From: Alphaproteobacteria bacterium
Lineage (GTDB): Bacteria > Pseudomonadota > Alphaproteobacteria > JAAXGF01
Length of the DNA stretch: 64,000 nucleotides
Assembly (NCBI GenBank): GCA_963555825.3
Contig: CAUVXB020000002.1
Location: forward strand, 352,001 to 416,000
Direction: 5' to 3'
Below are positions 21,375-32,712 of the stretch, piece by piece. The first letter of the stretch is position 1; each line of letters begins with the position of its first letter. Made by a program: the position numbers and the translations under genes. The notes below the pieces were generated by a model that worked only from the letters and a program-made list of their open reading frames with translations, ran no database searches and was not told the DNA's origin.

Positions 21375-21506
21375 GAAATTCTCTCCCAATTGCGTGAATA
21401 TTTTCAATCGGCGGAATGACTTATCCGACCGGTCCCCGCGTCTGATAGGGGCGGTGGATAATTGCATCTACCGACTTTCATGACAACCCGGCAATCGCCA
21501 TTCCGG

Positions 21507-22139
21507 TCATAATGGTTTGTACATGCGTTGTTCAGCGTCTTTTTCGGGATTTCGGAGCACGCGCTGGCCCTCGGGCAGGGCGAGCTGCTCGGTCAGGTAG
21601 ATGGCGCGCTGGCGGACGGTCGCCGGTCGCGGCGTGCCGTAAATGACCCTGTCGATCAGGCCGGGGCCATCGATGGCGCCCTCGTCGATCATCAGCGCCT
21701 GGATGTAATCGGCGAGCGCCTTCTCATAGCGTCCCGTGCGGTCGTACAGGATCCCCCGGTTGGCGTAAGCGGCGGCGTGCACCGCGATCCCCGTGGCGTC
21801 GTCTGACTCCAAGTTATCGCGGAGGAAATCGATCAGGTACGTGAACTCGGCCTCGGTATCGGCGTAGCGCTCGCTCTGCAAGAACACTAGTCCCCGTCCC
21901 ATCAGCGCTCCGCGATGGTCGGGCGAGACCGCGAGTGCCGTGTTGAAGCGCTCAAGGGCCGCTTCGTACTTGCCGTCGCCCAACAGGATGTCGCCCTGGC
22001 GGACCTCGTAGTCGCCCGTTGGGGCCTCGGCATAATTCCTGACCACTGCCCAGAAACTGAACATGCCGAAGGTGGCGAGCGCCATCAGGATGATAAACCG
22101 CCTCAGAACTTTGGGGTTGGTGAACGTTTTCAGGTTCAT
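21507..22139 (-). CDS. Membrane-anchored TPR protein
   Basis: N-terminal TM; YEAALERFN.AL..P, ALMGRG, AYANRGILYD..G.YEKALADY. Confidence 0.82.
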   Translation of the reverse strand: MNLKTFTNPKVLRRFIILMALATFGMFSFWAVVRNYAEAPTGDYEVRQGDILLGDGKYEAALERFNTALAVSPDHRGALMGRGLVFLQSERYADTEAEFTYLIDFLRDNLESDDATGIAVHAAAYANRGILYDRTGRYEKALADYIQALMIDEGAIDGPGLIDRVIYGTPRPATVRQRAIYLTEQLALPEGQRVLRNPEKDAEQRMYKPL

Positions 22140-22159
22140 CGCGGTCCGCCGAACATCAC

Positions 22160-22402
22160 CTAGCCGTAAGCGGCGGCGAAAGCCAGGCACAAGAGCGCCG
22201 ACGTGACCCCGGCACGGCGTTTCATCGAGTCCATGTCTTCCTCGCCGGGAAGCTCCCCGGTTCGTCGCTGGGCCCGGCGCACCGACAGCACCCAGATCAG
22301 TTGCCGCACGGGGAAGAACAGGGCGATCCCAAGCGCCGCCACCCACAACCATCTGTATTCTGGAGAAACCGCTGCCTCCACGGCGAAACACCTTCGTGCC
22401 AA
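22160..22402 (-). CDS. Small 2-TM hypothetical protein (possibly prematurely stopped; start uncertain)
   Basis: WLWVAALGIALFFPVRQLIWVLSVRR..KRRAGVTSALLC; lies between the symporter and the TPR gene. Confidence 0.65.
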   Translation of the reverse strand: MARRCFAVEAAVSPEYRWLWVAALGIALFFPVRQLIWVLSVRRAQRRTGELPGEEDMDSMKRRAGVTSALLCLAFAAAYG

Positions 22403-22438
22403 TGATCGGCGCGACCGAGCGACGCGCGGGATGGTAAC

Positions 22439-22473
22439 AAAAAAATCGGGGGAAGGACATCGTCCTTCCCCCG
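22439..22473 (-). terminator. Intrinsic terminator after the solute symporter
   Basis: 12-bp perfect stem CGGGGGAAGGAC / GTCCTTCCCCCG with 3-nt loop, then T7 on the minus strand. Confidence 0.8.
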
Positions 22474-22496
22474 GTGAAAGTAAGGTTGGTATTCGG

Positions 22497-24488
22497 CTAC
22501 GTCCGCTGGGCCTGTTCCTCGGCGGTGTCGCCGATGTCTTCCACCAGAGCCTCGATATTCTTTTCGGGGATGGTGGACATCTCCATCTTGTAGGCGAGGA
22601 ACCACATCATGGCCACGCCGAGCAGCCAGAACAGGATCTGCCAGGCCCAGATGGAGGGCATGCCGAAGGTCCAGCCATCGACGCCGGCGTCCGGCGCGCC
22701 GAAGATATCGTTGCCGATGACGGCGCCGGGGCCGATACCGAAGAACATCCAAGCGATCGTAATGATCCAGGCGACCGGAACCAGCCCTTTCTTCGACGCG
22801 GGCAGGCTCGCGTGTTCTCGCAGGAAGTTGTGGTACTTCATGCGGTGGCCGAGATCTTCCGCGCTCTGCGTCATCGACGAGACGATCACGCAAGTGGTGG
22901 CGTTGAGGAGCATGCCCCAGCCGGCCGAGTGAATGGTAAGCGGCCAGCGGCCCCAGAAATCGATTCCCATGTCGCTGAGAATCCCGAGGCCGAACTTTTC
23001 GGTAAAGATCACGCCGATGATGCCGGCCAGCAGGCCATAGGTGGCGCCCTGACGCGTGATCCACGGAATCCAGCACACGGCCGCCAGCGGCGTCCACATC
23101 TGGAAGCCGAAGGCCACCGCAAGACCGCCCAGGAGCACCAGGGCGTCACGTGAGTACGTGGCCACCAGCAGGGCGGCTACGACGATGAAGCCAACGCCCA
23201 TGCGCCCGGCCAGCTTCTGCATCCTGTGCGTGGAAGCCGGGTTCAGGTAACGCTTATATAGATCCCGGGTGAGAATCCCGCCGGCGGTCGACATGTATGC
23301 CGCGCCGGTGGATTGCATGGCCGCCAGGGCGCAAACCGCCAATATTCCGACGAGCCACGGCGAGGTTTCCGAGATCAGGTTCATATAGTGCGCCACCAAC
23401 GAGTCCGGCTTTGCCGCAATCGAAGCCGGCAGCACATTGGAAATCGCCAAGCCGGCCTCCGTCACCGCCGGGTTGGCGCCCAGAAGGTGCGCGCCCATGC
23501 CCGTGAACGCGGTGAAGAAGAACAGGATGAAGCCGATCCCGAGCGAGGACGCCCACACCTGCTGCGGCGCGAACGGCCGCGGATCGGTGTTGGAGAACGA
23601 CCACATGGTGAACGCCGGGGCCGACTGAATGCCCATCAGCGCGAACATGTAGGTCAGGCACATGATGCCTGTCCACAGACCGCCAACCGGAGTCGCCTTG
23701 CCGAGCCCGGCCGTCCACTGGATGACCCCGGGGATGGCGAAATAGGCGTTGTAGTCGCCCCCTCCATAGCCCTGGGTGGTGCCCCACTTGCCGACGTCCG
23801 AAGCGGCCAGATTGGCCAATCCCTGTTGCATCGCATCCCAGCCGCCGACCGCGTTCAGCGCGATCGAGCCGTATATGATGATGCCCATGGCGAGCAGGAT
23901 GCATTGGAGGGTGTCGACGTAGGCCACGGCGCGCAGGCCGCCCGACGCCACGTAGATGAACACCACGATCGACAGGATCCACATGCCCACGTTCTGTGTG
24001 AACATGCCGTCCGGGAAGGCATCCGTCACCGTGATGACGTTGAACAGATACCCAGACGCCCCCAACTGCACGCCAAGATACGGAATGGAGTACAGCAGGG
24101 CCACGATCACCGTCAGGATGCGGATGAAGTCACCCTGGAAATAGGTGCCAAGCATCTCGCCCGGCGTCACGAAGCCGAAACGCTTGCCCAGCATCCATTG
24201 GCGTTTCAGGAAGATGACCCCAGTGAACGGGATGGTGATGGTGTAAAACGATGCGTACGCATACTGGAAGCCATCGCGATACACCAGACCCGGGTGGCCC
24301 ATGAAGGTCCAGCCCGAAAACGATGTGGCGGTGGCCGCCAATATAAACACCCAAAGGGACAGCCTACGGCCAGCGATGAAGTAATCGGTGGCTGTCTTTG
24401 CCATTTGCGCGCTTCGCCAGCCCCAATAGATGCAGTACACCCAGTAGAGCACCACAAACATGAACAACCAGATAATTTTTGCAGACAC
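22497..24488 (-). CDS. Sodium:solute symporter (SSS/SLC5), possibly for a monocarboxylate
   Basis: DYFIAGR, TSFSGWTFMGHPG, GGLRAVAYVD..Q, LAAMQST; about 14 TM; GTG start. Confidence 0.9.
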   Translation of the reverse strand: MSAKIIWLFMFVVLYWVYCIYWGWRSAQMAKTATDYFIAGRRLSLWVFILAATATSFSGWTFMGHPGLVYRDGFQYAYASFYTITIPFTGVIFLKRQWMLGKRFGFVTPGEMLGTYFQGDFIRILTVIVALLYSIPYLGVQLGASGYLFNVITVTDAFPDGMFTQNVGMWILSIVVFIYVASGGLRAVAYVDTLQCILLAMGIIIYGSIALNAVGGWDAMQQGLANLAASDVGKWGTTQGYGGGDYNAYFAIPGVIQWTAGLGKATPVGGLWTGIMCLTYMFALMGIQSAPAFTMWSFSNTDPRPFAPQQVWASSLGIGFILFFFTAFTGMGAHLLGANPAVTEAGLAISNVLPASIAAKPDSLVAHYMNLISETSPWLVGILAVCALAAMQSTGAAYMSTAGGILTRDLYKRYLNPASTHRMQKLAGRMGVGFIVVAALLVATYSRDALVLLGGLAVAFGFQMWTPLAAVCWIPWITRQGATYGLLAGIIGVIFTEKFGLGILSDMGIDFWGRWPLTIHSAGWGMLLNATTCVIVSSMTQSAEDLGHRMKYHNFLREHASLPASKKGLVPVAWIITIAWMFFGIGPGAVIGNDIFGAPDAGVDGWTFGMPSIWAWQILFWLLGVAMMWFLAYKMEMSTIPEKNIEALVEDIGDTAEEQAQRT

Positions 24489-24711
24489 GATCTCGCCCCC
24501 GTGATCTTACATTTCCGGCGCCGAAAACGCCGATCAACCACCGGTCGGGTGTTCAAGCAGGAGCAACCCTCGGCATGATCAATGCATTTCGCGACACCAC
24601 GTCACCATAACAATCCTGCCTCACATGGCCAAGCGATATTTCGCCCCGCGACACAACATTTACGCCACCAGAAGGATACCGCCTGGGGGATTACCCCCAA
24701 AATTTGCGATT

Positions 24712-24790
24712 ATTTTGTGCGCTGCATCATTATACTTTCGCGTCGCAGATCAATGCTGCAACTGCGTGATAGTTTTTGTGTGCTGCACCA
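24712..24790. promoter_or_regulatory. Cluster of TGC-rich motifs resembling PhaR/AniA operators upstream of the symporter
   Basis: TGCGCTGCATCA (24718), TGCTGCAACTGC (24754), TGTGCTGCACCA (24779) in an AT-rich intergenic region. Confidence 0.4.
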
Positions 24791-24849
24791 ATAGTCGACT
24801 TGCAGGGCGAACCGCGCGGTATCGTCCGCGGCCTTCGGTCGCGCGACGG

Positions 24850-25788
24850 TCAGGGAACGGTTGGCAGGGAAACGTGGAATGTGGCGCCTTCGCCGGGACG
24901 GCTTTCGACGCCGATCCGCCCGTTGTGCCGCTCGACGATCGCCTTGCTCAGCGCCAGACTGAAGCCGGCCCCATGCGGCTCGCTCTCCAGGGTGTCGCCG
25001 GCTTCCAGGAACTGGGCGAAAATGATGCCATGGCGGGCGGGCGGAATGCCGGGTCCGTTGTCGCTGACGGCAACGCGCGCGGCCCCCTCGGTGGTTTCGA
25101 GTCCAAGCGTGACGCGGCCCGTGCCGGGCTCGGAAAATTTTGCCGCGTTGGCCAGCAAGCTCTCGATCACCTGAGCCAGCCAGCGCCGATCGCCACGAAC
25201 CGTCGCGCCCGGCTGTGCAACCGCCGCCTCCAGGTTCACGCACTTCAAATCGAACAGCGGCCGCGTCGCGTCGATCGCCACGTCGATCGGCTCGCCGATG
25301 TCGAATTCGGCCGGTTCCCAGTCGAGGCGCCCCGAGCGCAGCCGCGACCAGCTGACGATCTGGTCGATCAAATGCGACAAGCGCGCGCCTTCGGCGATGG
25401 CGATATCGAGAAAACTCGCCCGTTGCTGGAGCGTGAGCTCATCACCGTCGGCGAGAATTTCGGAAAACGAGCATAGCGAGGTCAGCGGCGACAGGAGCTT
25501 GTGGGAGATCGCCCCAACGAACCCGTCGGGCAACCAACCAGCCTCCGTCTGGAGACCGTCGTTGGCGGCTTGCAGCACCGTCATGGCGTGCTCGAATTGG
25601 CGCAGCTTCGCTTCGAATGCGCCGCATTCGTCGATCAGCCCGCCGATCTCTCCGAGCATGCTCTGGATACCCGACTGGGCGTCGGCAAAGGCCGCTTGAT
25701 TGACGCCCTCCAGCGTCGCGACATTGCGCTGGTGACGCGCGAGCAGCGCGTCCCAATCAACGCCTGGCAGGGTGAACTTAGTGGTCAT
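24850..25788 (-). CDS. Soluble HisKA-HATPase protein with phasin-like N-terminus and degenerate H-box
   Basis: FTLPGVDWDALLARHQRNVATLEGVNQ.. then SHKLLSPL, NAAKF, DNGPGI, GAGFSL. Confidence 0.8.
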   Translation of the reverse strand: MTTKFTLPGVDWDALLARHQRNVATLEGVNQAAFADAQSGIQSMLGEIGGLIDECGAFEAKLRQFEHAMTVLQAANDGLQTEAGWLPDGFVGAISHKLLSPLTSLCSFSEILADGDELTLQQRASFLDIAIAEGARLSHLIDQIVSWSRLRSGRLDWEPAEFDIGEPIDVAIDATRPLFDLKCVNLEAAVAQPGATVRGDRRWLAQVIESLLANAAKFSEPGTGRVTLGLETTEGAARVAVSDNGPGIPPARHGIIFAQFLEAGDTLESEPHGAGFSLALSKAIVERHNGRIGVESRPGEGATFHVSLPTVP

Positions 25789-25903
25789 TCTCGCCTACCG
25801 TTCCGCGATCCACGCTTCGGCGCGGTCACCGGCTGCGCACTGTACAGGGGCGGCGTTCGAAATGCTATTGTCGCCGCCGGAGCGTGACGCATTCGCGGCG
25901 TCG

Positions 25904-28663
<2,760 letters not shown>

Positions 28664-28665
28664 CG

Positions 28666-28908
28666 TCAGTCCTTCGCGCCGGTCGCTGGCGGTGCCGGCG
28701 ATGTCTCGACGACCGCGAACCACGCGGTCAATCGCATCAAGGCGATCAACCCGGCCCAGGCGGCGAAGAGGTAGACATAGAACAGCGGAATTCCGAAGAC
28801 GTAGGCGTCGATGTTGAACAGCAGTAGTACCGGCGCATTGAAGGCGAGAACCCCGAGCAGAAACAACGCGACCATCCGCTCGCGATTGATTTTCCGGTGT
28901 CTGATCAT
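28666..28908 (-). CDS. Small 2-TM partner protein of the type found upstream of SLC5 genes
   Basis: LFLLGVLAFNAP..VFGIPLFYVYLFAAW; stop lies 2 nt before the kinase start. Confidence 0.75.
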   Translation of the reverse strand: MIRHRKINRERMVALFLLGVLAFNAPVLLLFNIDAYVFGIPLFYVYLFAAWAGLIALMRLTAWFAVVETSPAPPATGAKD

Positions 28909-29324
28909 AGTGGCCGTCGTCCCTACTCGCGGTCGCCACGAGGCCGCCCATCCGGGCGGTCACGTCGAAACAAACCGCCAACATTGTAACCCGTGGCGGC
29001 GCCACGCGGGAGTCGCAATTCCGGGCGCCGGCGCGCCGCCGAAACGATGCGTCAGAATTGCGCCTGCGGCCTGCGCAGTTCGACCATCGAGGCGGCGGTC
29101 GCGAGGGCGTCGCCGAGCGTCCGTGAGCCGCGCTGCTCTACGAGGTCGATCGTGCACAGAAAGACCGTCGACCATCGTCGCCTTGGTCGCGACATCGTCG
29201 GCATAAGCCGCCGGCCCGACGACGATCCATAGTGCGATCGCGGTTTCCTACAACACGGCAACGCCGAGCGCGGCGAACAGCAACGCGACGGTGGCGCGCG
29301 GGGTCATCGCTCCCAGGGCGCGCG

Positions 29325-29702
29325 TCAGTCCTCGACGCCTTCGACCAGGCTGCGCACGCGCGCGACGACCTCGCGTGTCGAAAACGGTTTGGTGATGTAG
29401 TCGTCGGCGCCCAGCGCCAAGCCCTTCTCGATCTCGACATCGCGTCCCTTGGCGGTCAGCATGATGATCCGTATGTCGTGCCAATCGGGGTTGCCCCGGA
29501 TCGACCGGCAGACGTCGTAGCCGTTGCGCTTGGGCATCATCACGTCGAGCAGCACGAGCCTGGGCTTGCGGTGCTCGATCGCGCGCATCGCCGCTTCGCC
29601 GTCCCGCGCCACGCGCACGTCGTAGCCAGCCCGCTTCATCATGAACTCGAGCGAGATGACGATGTTCGGTTCGTCATCGACGATCAGCACCGAGGGTTTC
29701 AT
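29325..29702 (-). CDS. Single-domain response regulator
   Basis: LIVDDEPNI, LLDVMMP, MLTAKG, GADDYITKPF. Confidence 0.92.
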   Translation of the reverse strand: MKPSVLIVDDEPNIVISLEFMMKRAGYDVRVARDGEAAMRAIEHRKPRLVLLDVMMPKRNGYDVCRSIRGNPDWHDIRIIMLTAKGRDVEIEKGLALGADDYITKPFSTREVVARVRSLVEGVED

Positions 29703-29767
29703 GGACGGGTCTCTTTCCCCTGCGTCGGCCCGTGACGGCGGGTCCGGCTCCGTGCCGACGAGTCTAG

Positions 29768-30301
29768 CCCGGATTTCTCACCATGGACAGGCGCGTCATC
29801 GCGTCGGGCGGAGCCGAGCCGCCAGGAGAAGGCCGCCGAGCGTAGCCTGGGCTACGCGCAAGGCCTTCGACGCCGCGGGCGGCCCGCCCGGCGCGACCCT
29901 TAAGGGCGGCGGATCTCGGACGACAGGCCGCGTCAAAGCGCTTGCCCGATGCGCGAGTACTCACTTGCACGATTCCACGGTACGTAGGACGGCCTTGCGC
30001 GGTCGTCCGGCAAGGCGCCCGGCGCGCCGTGATGCTGGGCGCATCACAAGCGCCGGGCAACGCCGCCGGCGGCCGCGCAAGGCCGCCCTCCGGGTCGCGT
30101 TTCCCGCCCCCTCGGGGCGTCGGGAACGCTCGCCGATGCGAAGGCATCGCCTTCGCGCCCCTTCCTGCCGAGGAACGGGAAACGCGATCCTACGTGCCGT
30201 GGAATCGTGCAAGGGAGTACTGGCATCGTGGCCCGCACGCTTTTCCTAGCCCGTCGGCCGATATCCGCCGTGCCGCACCTGTCCATGGTGAGAAGTCCGG
30301 G
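29768..30301. mobile_element. MITE with 24-bp TIRs (CCCGGA.., IS1380-like ends)
   Basis: CCCGGATTTCTCACCATGGACAGG pairs with CCTGTCCATGGTGAGAAGTCCGGG, 1 mismatch. Confidence 0.75.
29956..30221. mobile_element. Second MITE nested inside the first, 34-bp TIRs
   Basis: AGTACTCACTTGCACGATTCCACGGTACGTAGGA pairs with TCCTACGTGCCGTGGAATCGTGCAAGGGAGTACT, 2 mismatches. Confidence 0.7.
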
Positions 30302-30393
30302 TTGGCCCGGAACAGCACCTGCGGCCATAGCGACAAACGGCGCTCGACACGGCCGCGAAAGTCGGGCAAACCGGCAGGAGGCGGGGAATTGGC

Positions 30394-31530
30394 ATGACCG
30401 ACGACGTGACCGGCATCATCGATACAGTGGCGGCGTTCACGCGCGACCGCGTGGCGCCCGAGGCGGCCGGCTGGGAACGCGCGCGGCGCGTGCCGCTCGA
30501 GACGATCCGCGGCGCCGCCGCGCTCGGCCTCTGCGGCCTGATGGTGCCGGCCGCGCACGGCGGGGCCGGCTGCGGCATGAGCACCGCCGCGCGCGTCTTC
30601 GAGGAGATCGCCGCCGGTTGCATGGCGTTCGCCTTCAGCCTCGAGGTGCAGAACAACTTCGCGCGCAGCATCGCGAGTTTCGGCACGGCCGAGCAGATCG
30701 CGCGCCATCTGCCGCCGCTGCTCTCCGGCGCGCGCATCGGCGCCTTCCTGTTGACCGAGCCGGGCGTCGGCAGCGACGCCGCGGCGATCACCACCCGCGC
30801 GACGCGCGACGGCGACGGCTGGGTGATCGACGGCGAAAAGGCTTGGGTCACCAACGGGTCCGCCGCTGACCTCTTGTTCGTCTTCGCCCAGACCGATGCG
30901 GACGCCGGCTGGCGCGGCATCGCCGCCTTCGTGATCGACGCGACCGCCGATGGCGTCACGCGCGGCGCGGCGTACTCTCTGTTGGGCTGCCATGCGATGG
31001 GCACCGGCGGTTTCACCTTCTCGGGCGTGCGCGTCGCCGGCGACGCCCTGCTGATCGGCCCTGGCGAGGCCTTCAAGGAGGCGTTGCACGGCATCGACGT
31101 CGCGCGCGTCGGCGTCGGCGCGTTGTGCTGCGGCATGATGCGATCGGGCCTCGCCACCGCGCTCGACTACACCGCCCGGCGCGAGGCGTTCGGCCGGCCG
31201 ACGATCGAGTTCCAGGGCCTGCAGTGGATGCTCGCCGACGTCGCCACCGATCTCGAGGCGAGCCGGCTGCTGACCCGCGAGGCGGCGCTGGCGGTCGACG
31301 CCGGCGCCGGCACGGTCGCCGCGGCGCACGCCAAGAAGTTCGCGACGCGGGCGGCGCTCAAGGGCCTCGCCGACTGCATGCAGGCGATGGGCGCCGCCGG
31401 CTTGAAGGACGATACGCCGCTCGCCCGCCACCTCGCCTGCGCCAAGACGGCGCAATTTCTCGATGGTACGACGGAGATCCAGAACGTGGTGATCGCACGC
31501 GACTTGATGCGGCGCGGGGGCGGCACATGA
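30394..31530 (+). CDS. Acyl-CoA dehydrogenase family protein
   Basis: LTEPGVGSD, GEKAWVTNG, REAFGRP..EFQGLQW.LAD, DGTTEIQ. Confidence 0.92.
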   Translation: MTDDVTGIIDTVAAFTRDRVAPEAAGWERARRVPLETIRGAAALGLCGLMVPAAHGGAGCGMSTAARVFEEIAAGCMAFAFSLEVQNNFARSIASFGTAEQIARHLPPLLSGARIGAFLLTEPGVGSDAAAITTRATRDGDGWVIDGEKAWVTNGSAADLLFVFAQTDADAGWRGIAAFVIDATADGVTRGAAYSLLGCHAMGTGGFTFSGVRVAGDALLIGPGEAFKEALHGIDVARVGVGALCCGMMRSGLATALDYTARREAFGRPTIEFQGLQWMLADVATDLEASRLLTREAALAVDAGAGTVAAAHAKKFATRAALKGLADCMQAMGAAGLKDDTPLARHLACAKTAQFLDGTTEIQNVVIARDLMRRGGGT

Positions 31531-32699
31531 CCGCCGCGCTCAGACGATACCGCCTGAGCCGCGTCCAGGCCGAGCTCGAGGCGCACGACATCGCCGCCTG
31601 CGTGCTCTTGGATCCGCTCAACATCCGCTACGCGACCGACAGCGTGAACTTTCAGGTCATGCAGATGCACCTGCCGTCGCGCTACGCCTTCGTGCCGGCC
31701 GAGGGCAAGGCCGTCGTCTTCAACCTGGGCAACTGGTCGGGCGGCAGCGAAGCGACCGAAACGGTCGGTGAGTACCGCATCTCGACACCGGTCGCGCATT
31801 TCTTCGCCGGGCCCGACGTCGAGGCGCGCGCCAAGCACTGGGCGGCCGAGATCGCCGAGCTGGTGCGCGCCAACGGCGGCGGCAACCGGCGCCTCGCGAT
31901 CGACCGGACCGAACCCGCCAACTTCCACGCGCTCGCCGCCGAGGGCCTCGAACTGGTCGACGCGCAACGGCCGATGGAGCTCGCGCGCGCCATCAAGTCG
32001 ACCGAAGAGATCGGCCACATGACGCGTTCCGTCGAGGTCGCCGAGCTGGGCATCGCGCGTATGCGCGAGGCGCTCACGCCCGGCATGACCGAGAACCAGC
32101 TGTGGGCGCTGCTGCACGAGACCAACATCGCCAACGGCGGCGAATGGATCGACTGCCGCCTGCTCGCCTCGGGCGAACGCACCAATCCGTGGGGCCAGGA
32201 GTGCAGCGACCGGGTCATCCAGGCCGGCGAGCTGGTCGGCTTCGACACCGACATGGTCGGCCCCGAAGGCTATTGCGCCGACATATCGCGGACGCTGTTC
32301 TGCGACCCCGGCACGCCGACCGACGCGCAGCGCGACCTCTACAAGACCGCGGTCGAGCATATCGCGCACAACATGGCGCTGCTGCGTCCGGGATTGAGCC
32401 TGCGCGAGCTCGCCGAGAAGAGCTGGCCGATCTCGGAGATCTATCAGGCCAACGCCTATCCCGAGATCGTCCACGGCATCGGAATGTGCGACGAATACCC
32501 CGCCATCCCGCCGCTGCACTTGTGGGACTACCTCGGCTACGACGGCGTCATCGAGGAGAACATGACGCTCTGCGTCGAGAGCTACACCGGCGCGACGGGT
32601 GGCCGCGAGGGCGTCAAGCTCGAACAGGAAGTGATGGTCACCGCCGACGGCTGCCGACTGTTGTCGACGTTTCCCTACGAAGACGACCTGATGGCATGA
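31527..32699 (+). CDS. dddP: M24 peptidase-fold protein, DddP (DMSP lyase)-like
   Basis: YRL.RV..EL..DP.NIRYATDS.N; SGERTNPW.QE; FDTD; YCADISR; Y....HGIGMCDEYP; CVESY; GVKLEQ. ATG overlaps the upstream TGA. Confidence 0.7.
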   Translation: MTAALRRYRLSRVQAELEAHDIAACVLLDPLNIRYATDSVNFQVMQMHLPSRYAFVPAEGKAVVFNLGNWSGGSEATETVGEYRISTPVAHFFAGPDVEARAKHWAAEIAELVRANGGGNRRLAIDRTEPANFHALAAEGLELVDAQRPMELARAIKSTEEIGHMTRSVEVAELGIARMREALTPGMTENQLWALLHETNIANGGEWIDCRLLASGERTNPWGQECSDRVIQAGELVGFDTDMVGPEGYCADISRTLFCDPGTPTDAQRDLYKTAVEHIAHNMALLRPGLSLRELAEKSWPISEIYQANAYPEIVHGIGMCDEYPAIPPLHLWDYLGYDGVIEENMTLCVESYTGATGGREGVKLEQEVMVTADGCRLLSTFPYEDDLMA

Positions 32700-32712
32700 G
32701 GACCGGGCAGCG

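Noticed and set aside
29764-30397. Arg/Pro-rich ORFs within the nested MITE
   Set aside because: Non-coding structured DNA with no coding-like composition.
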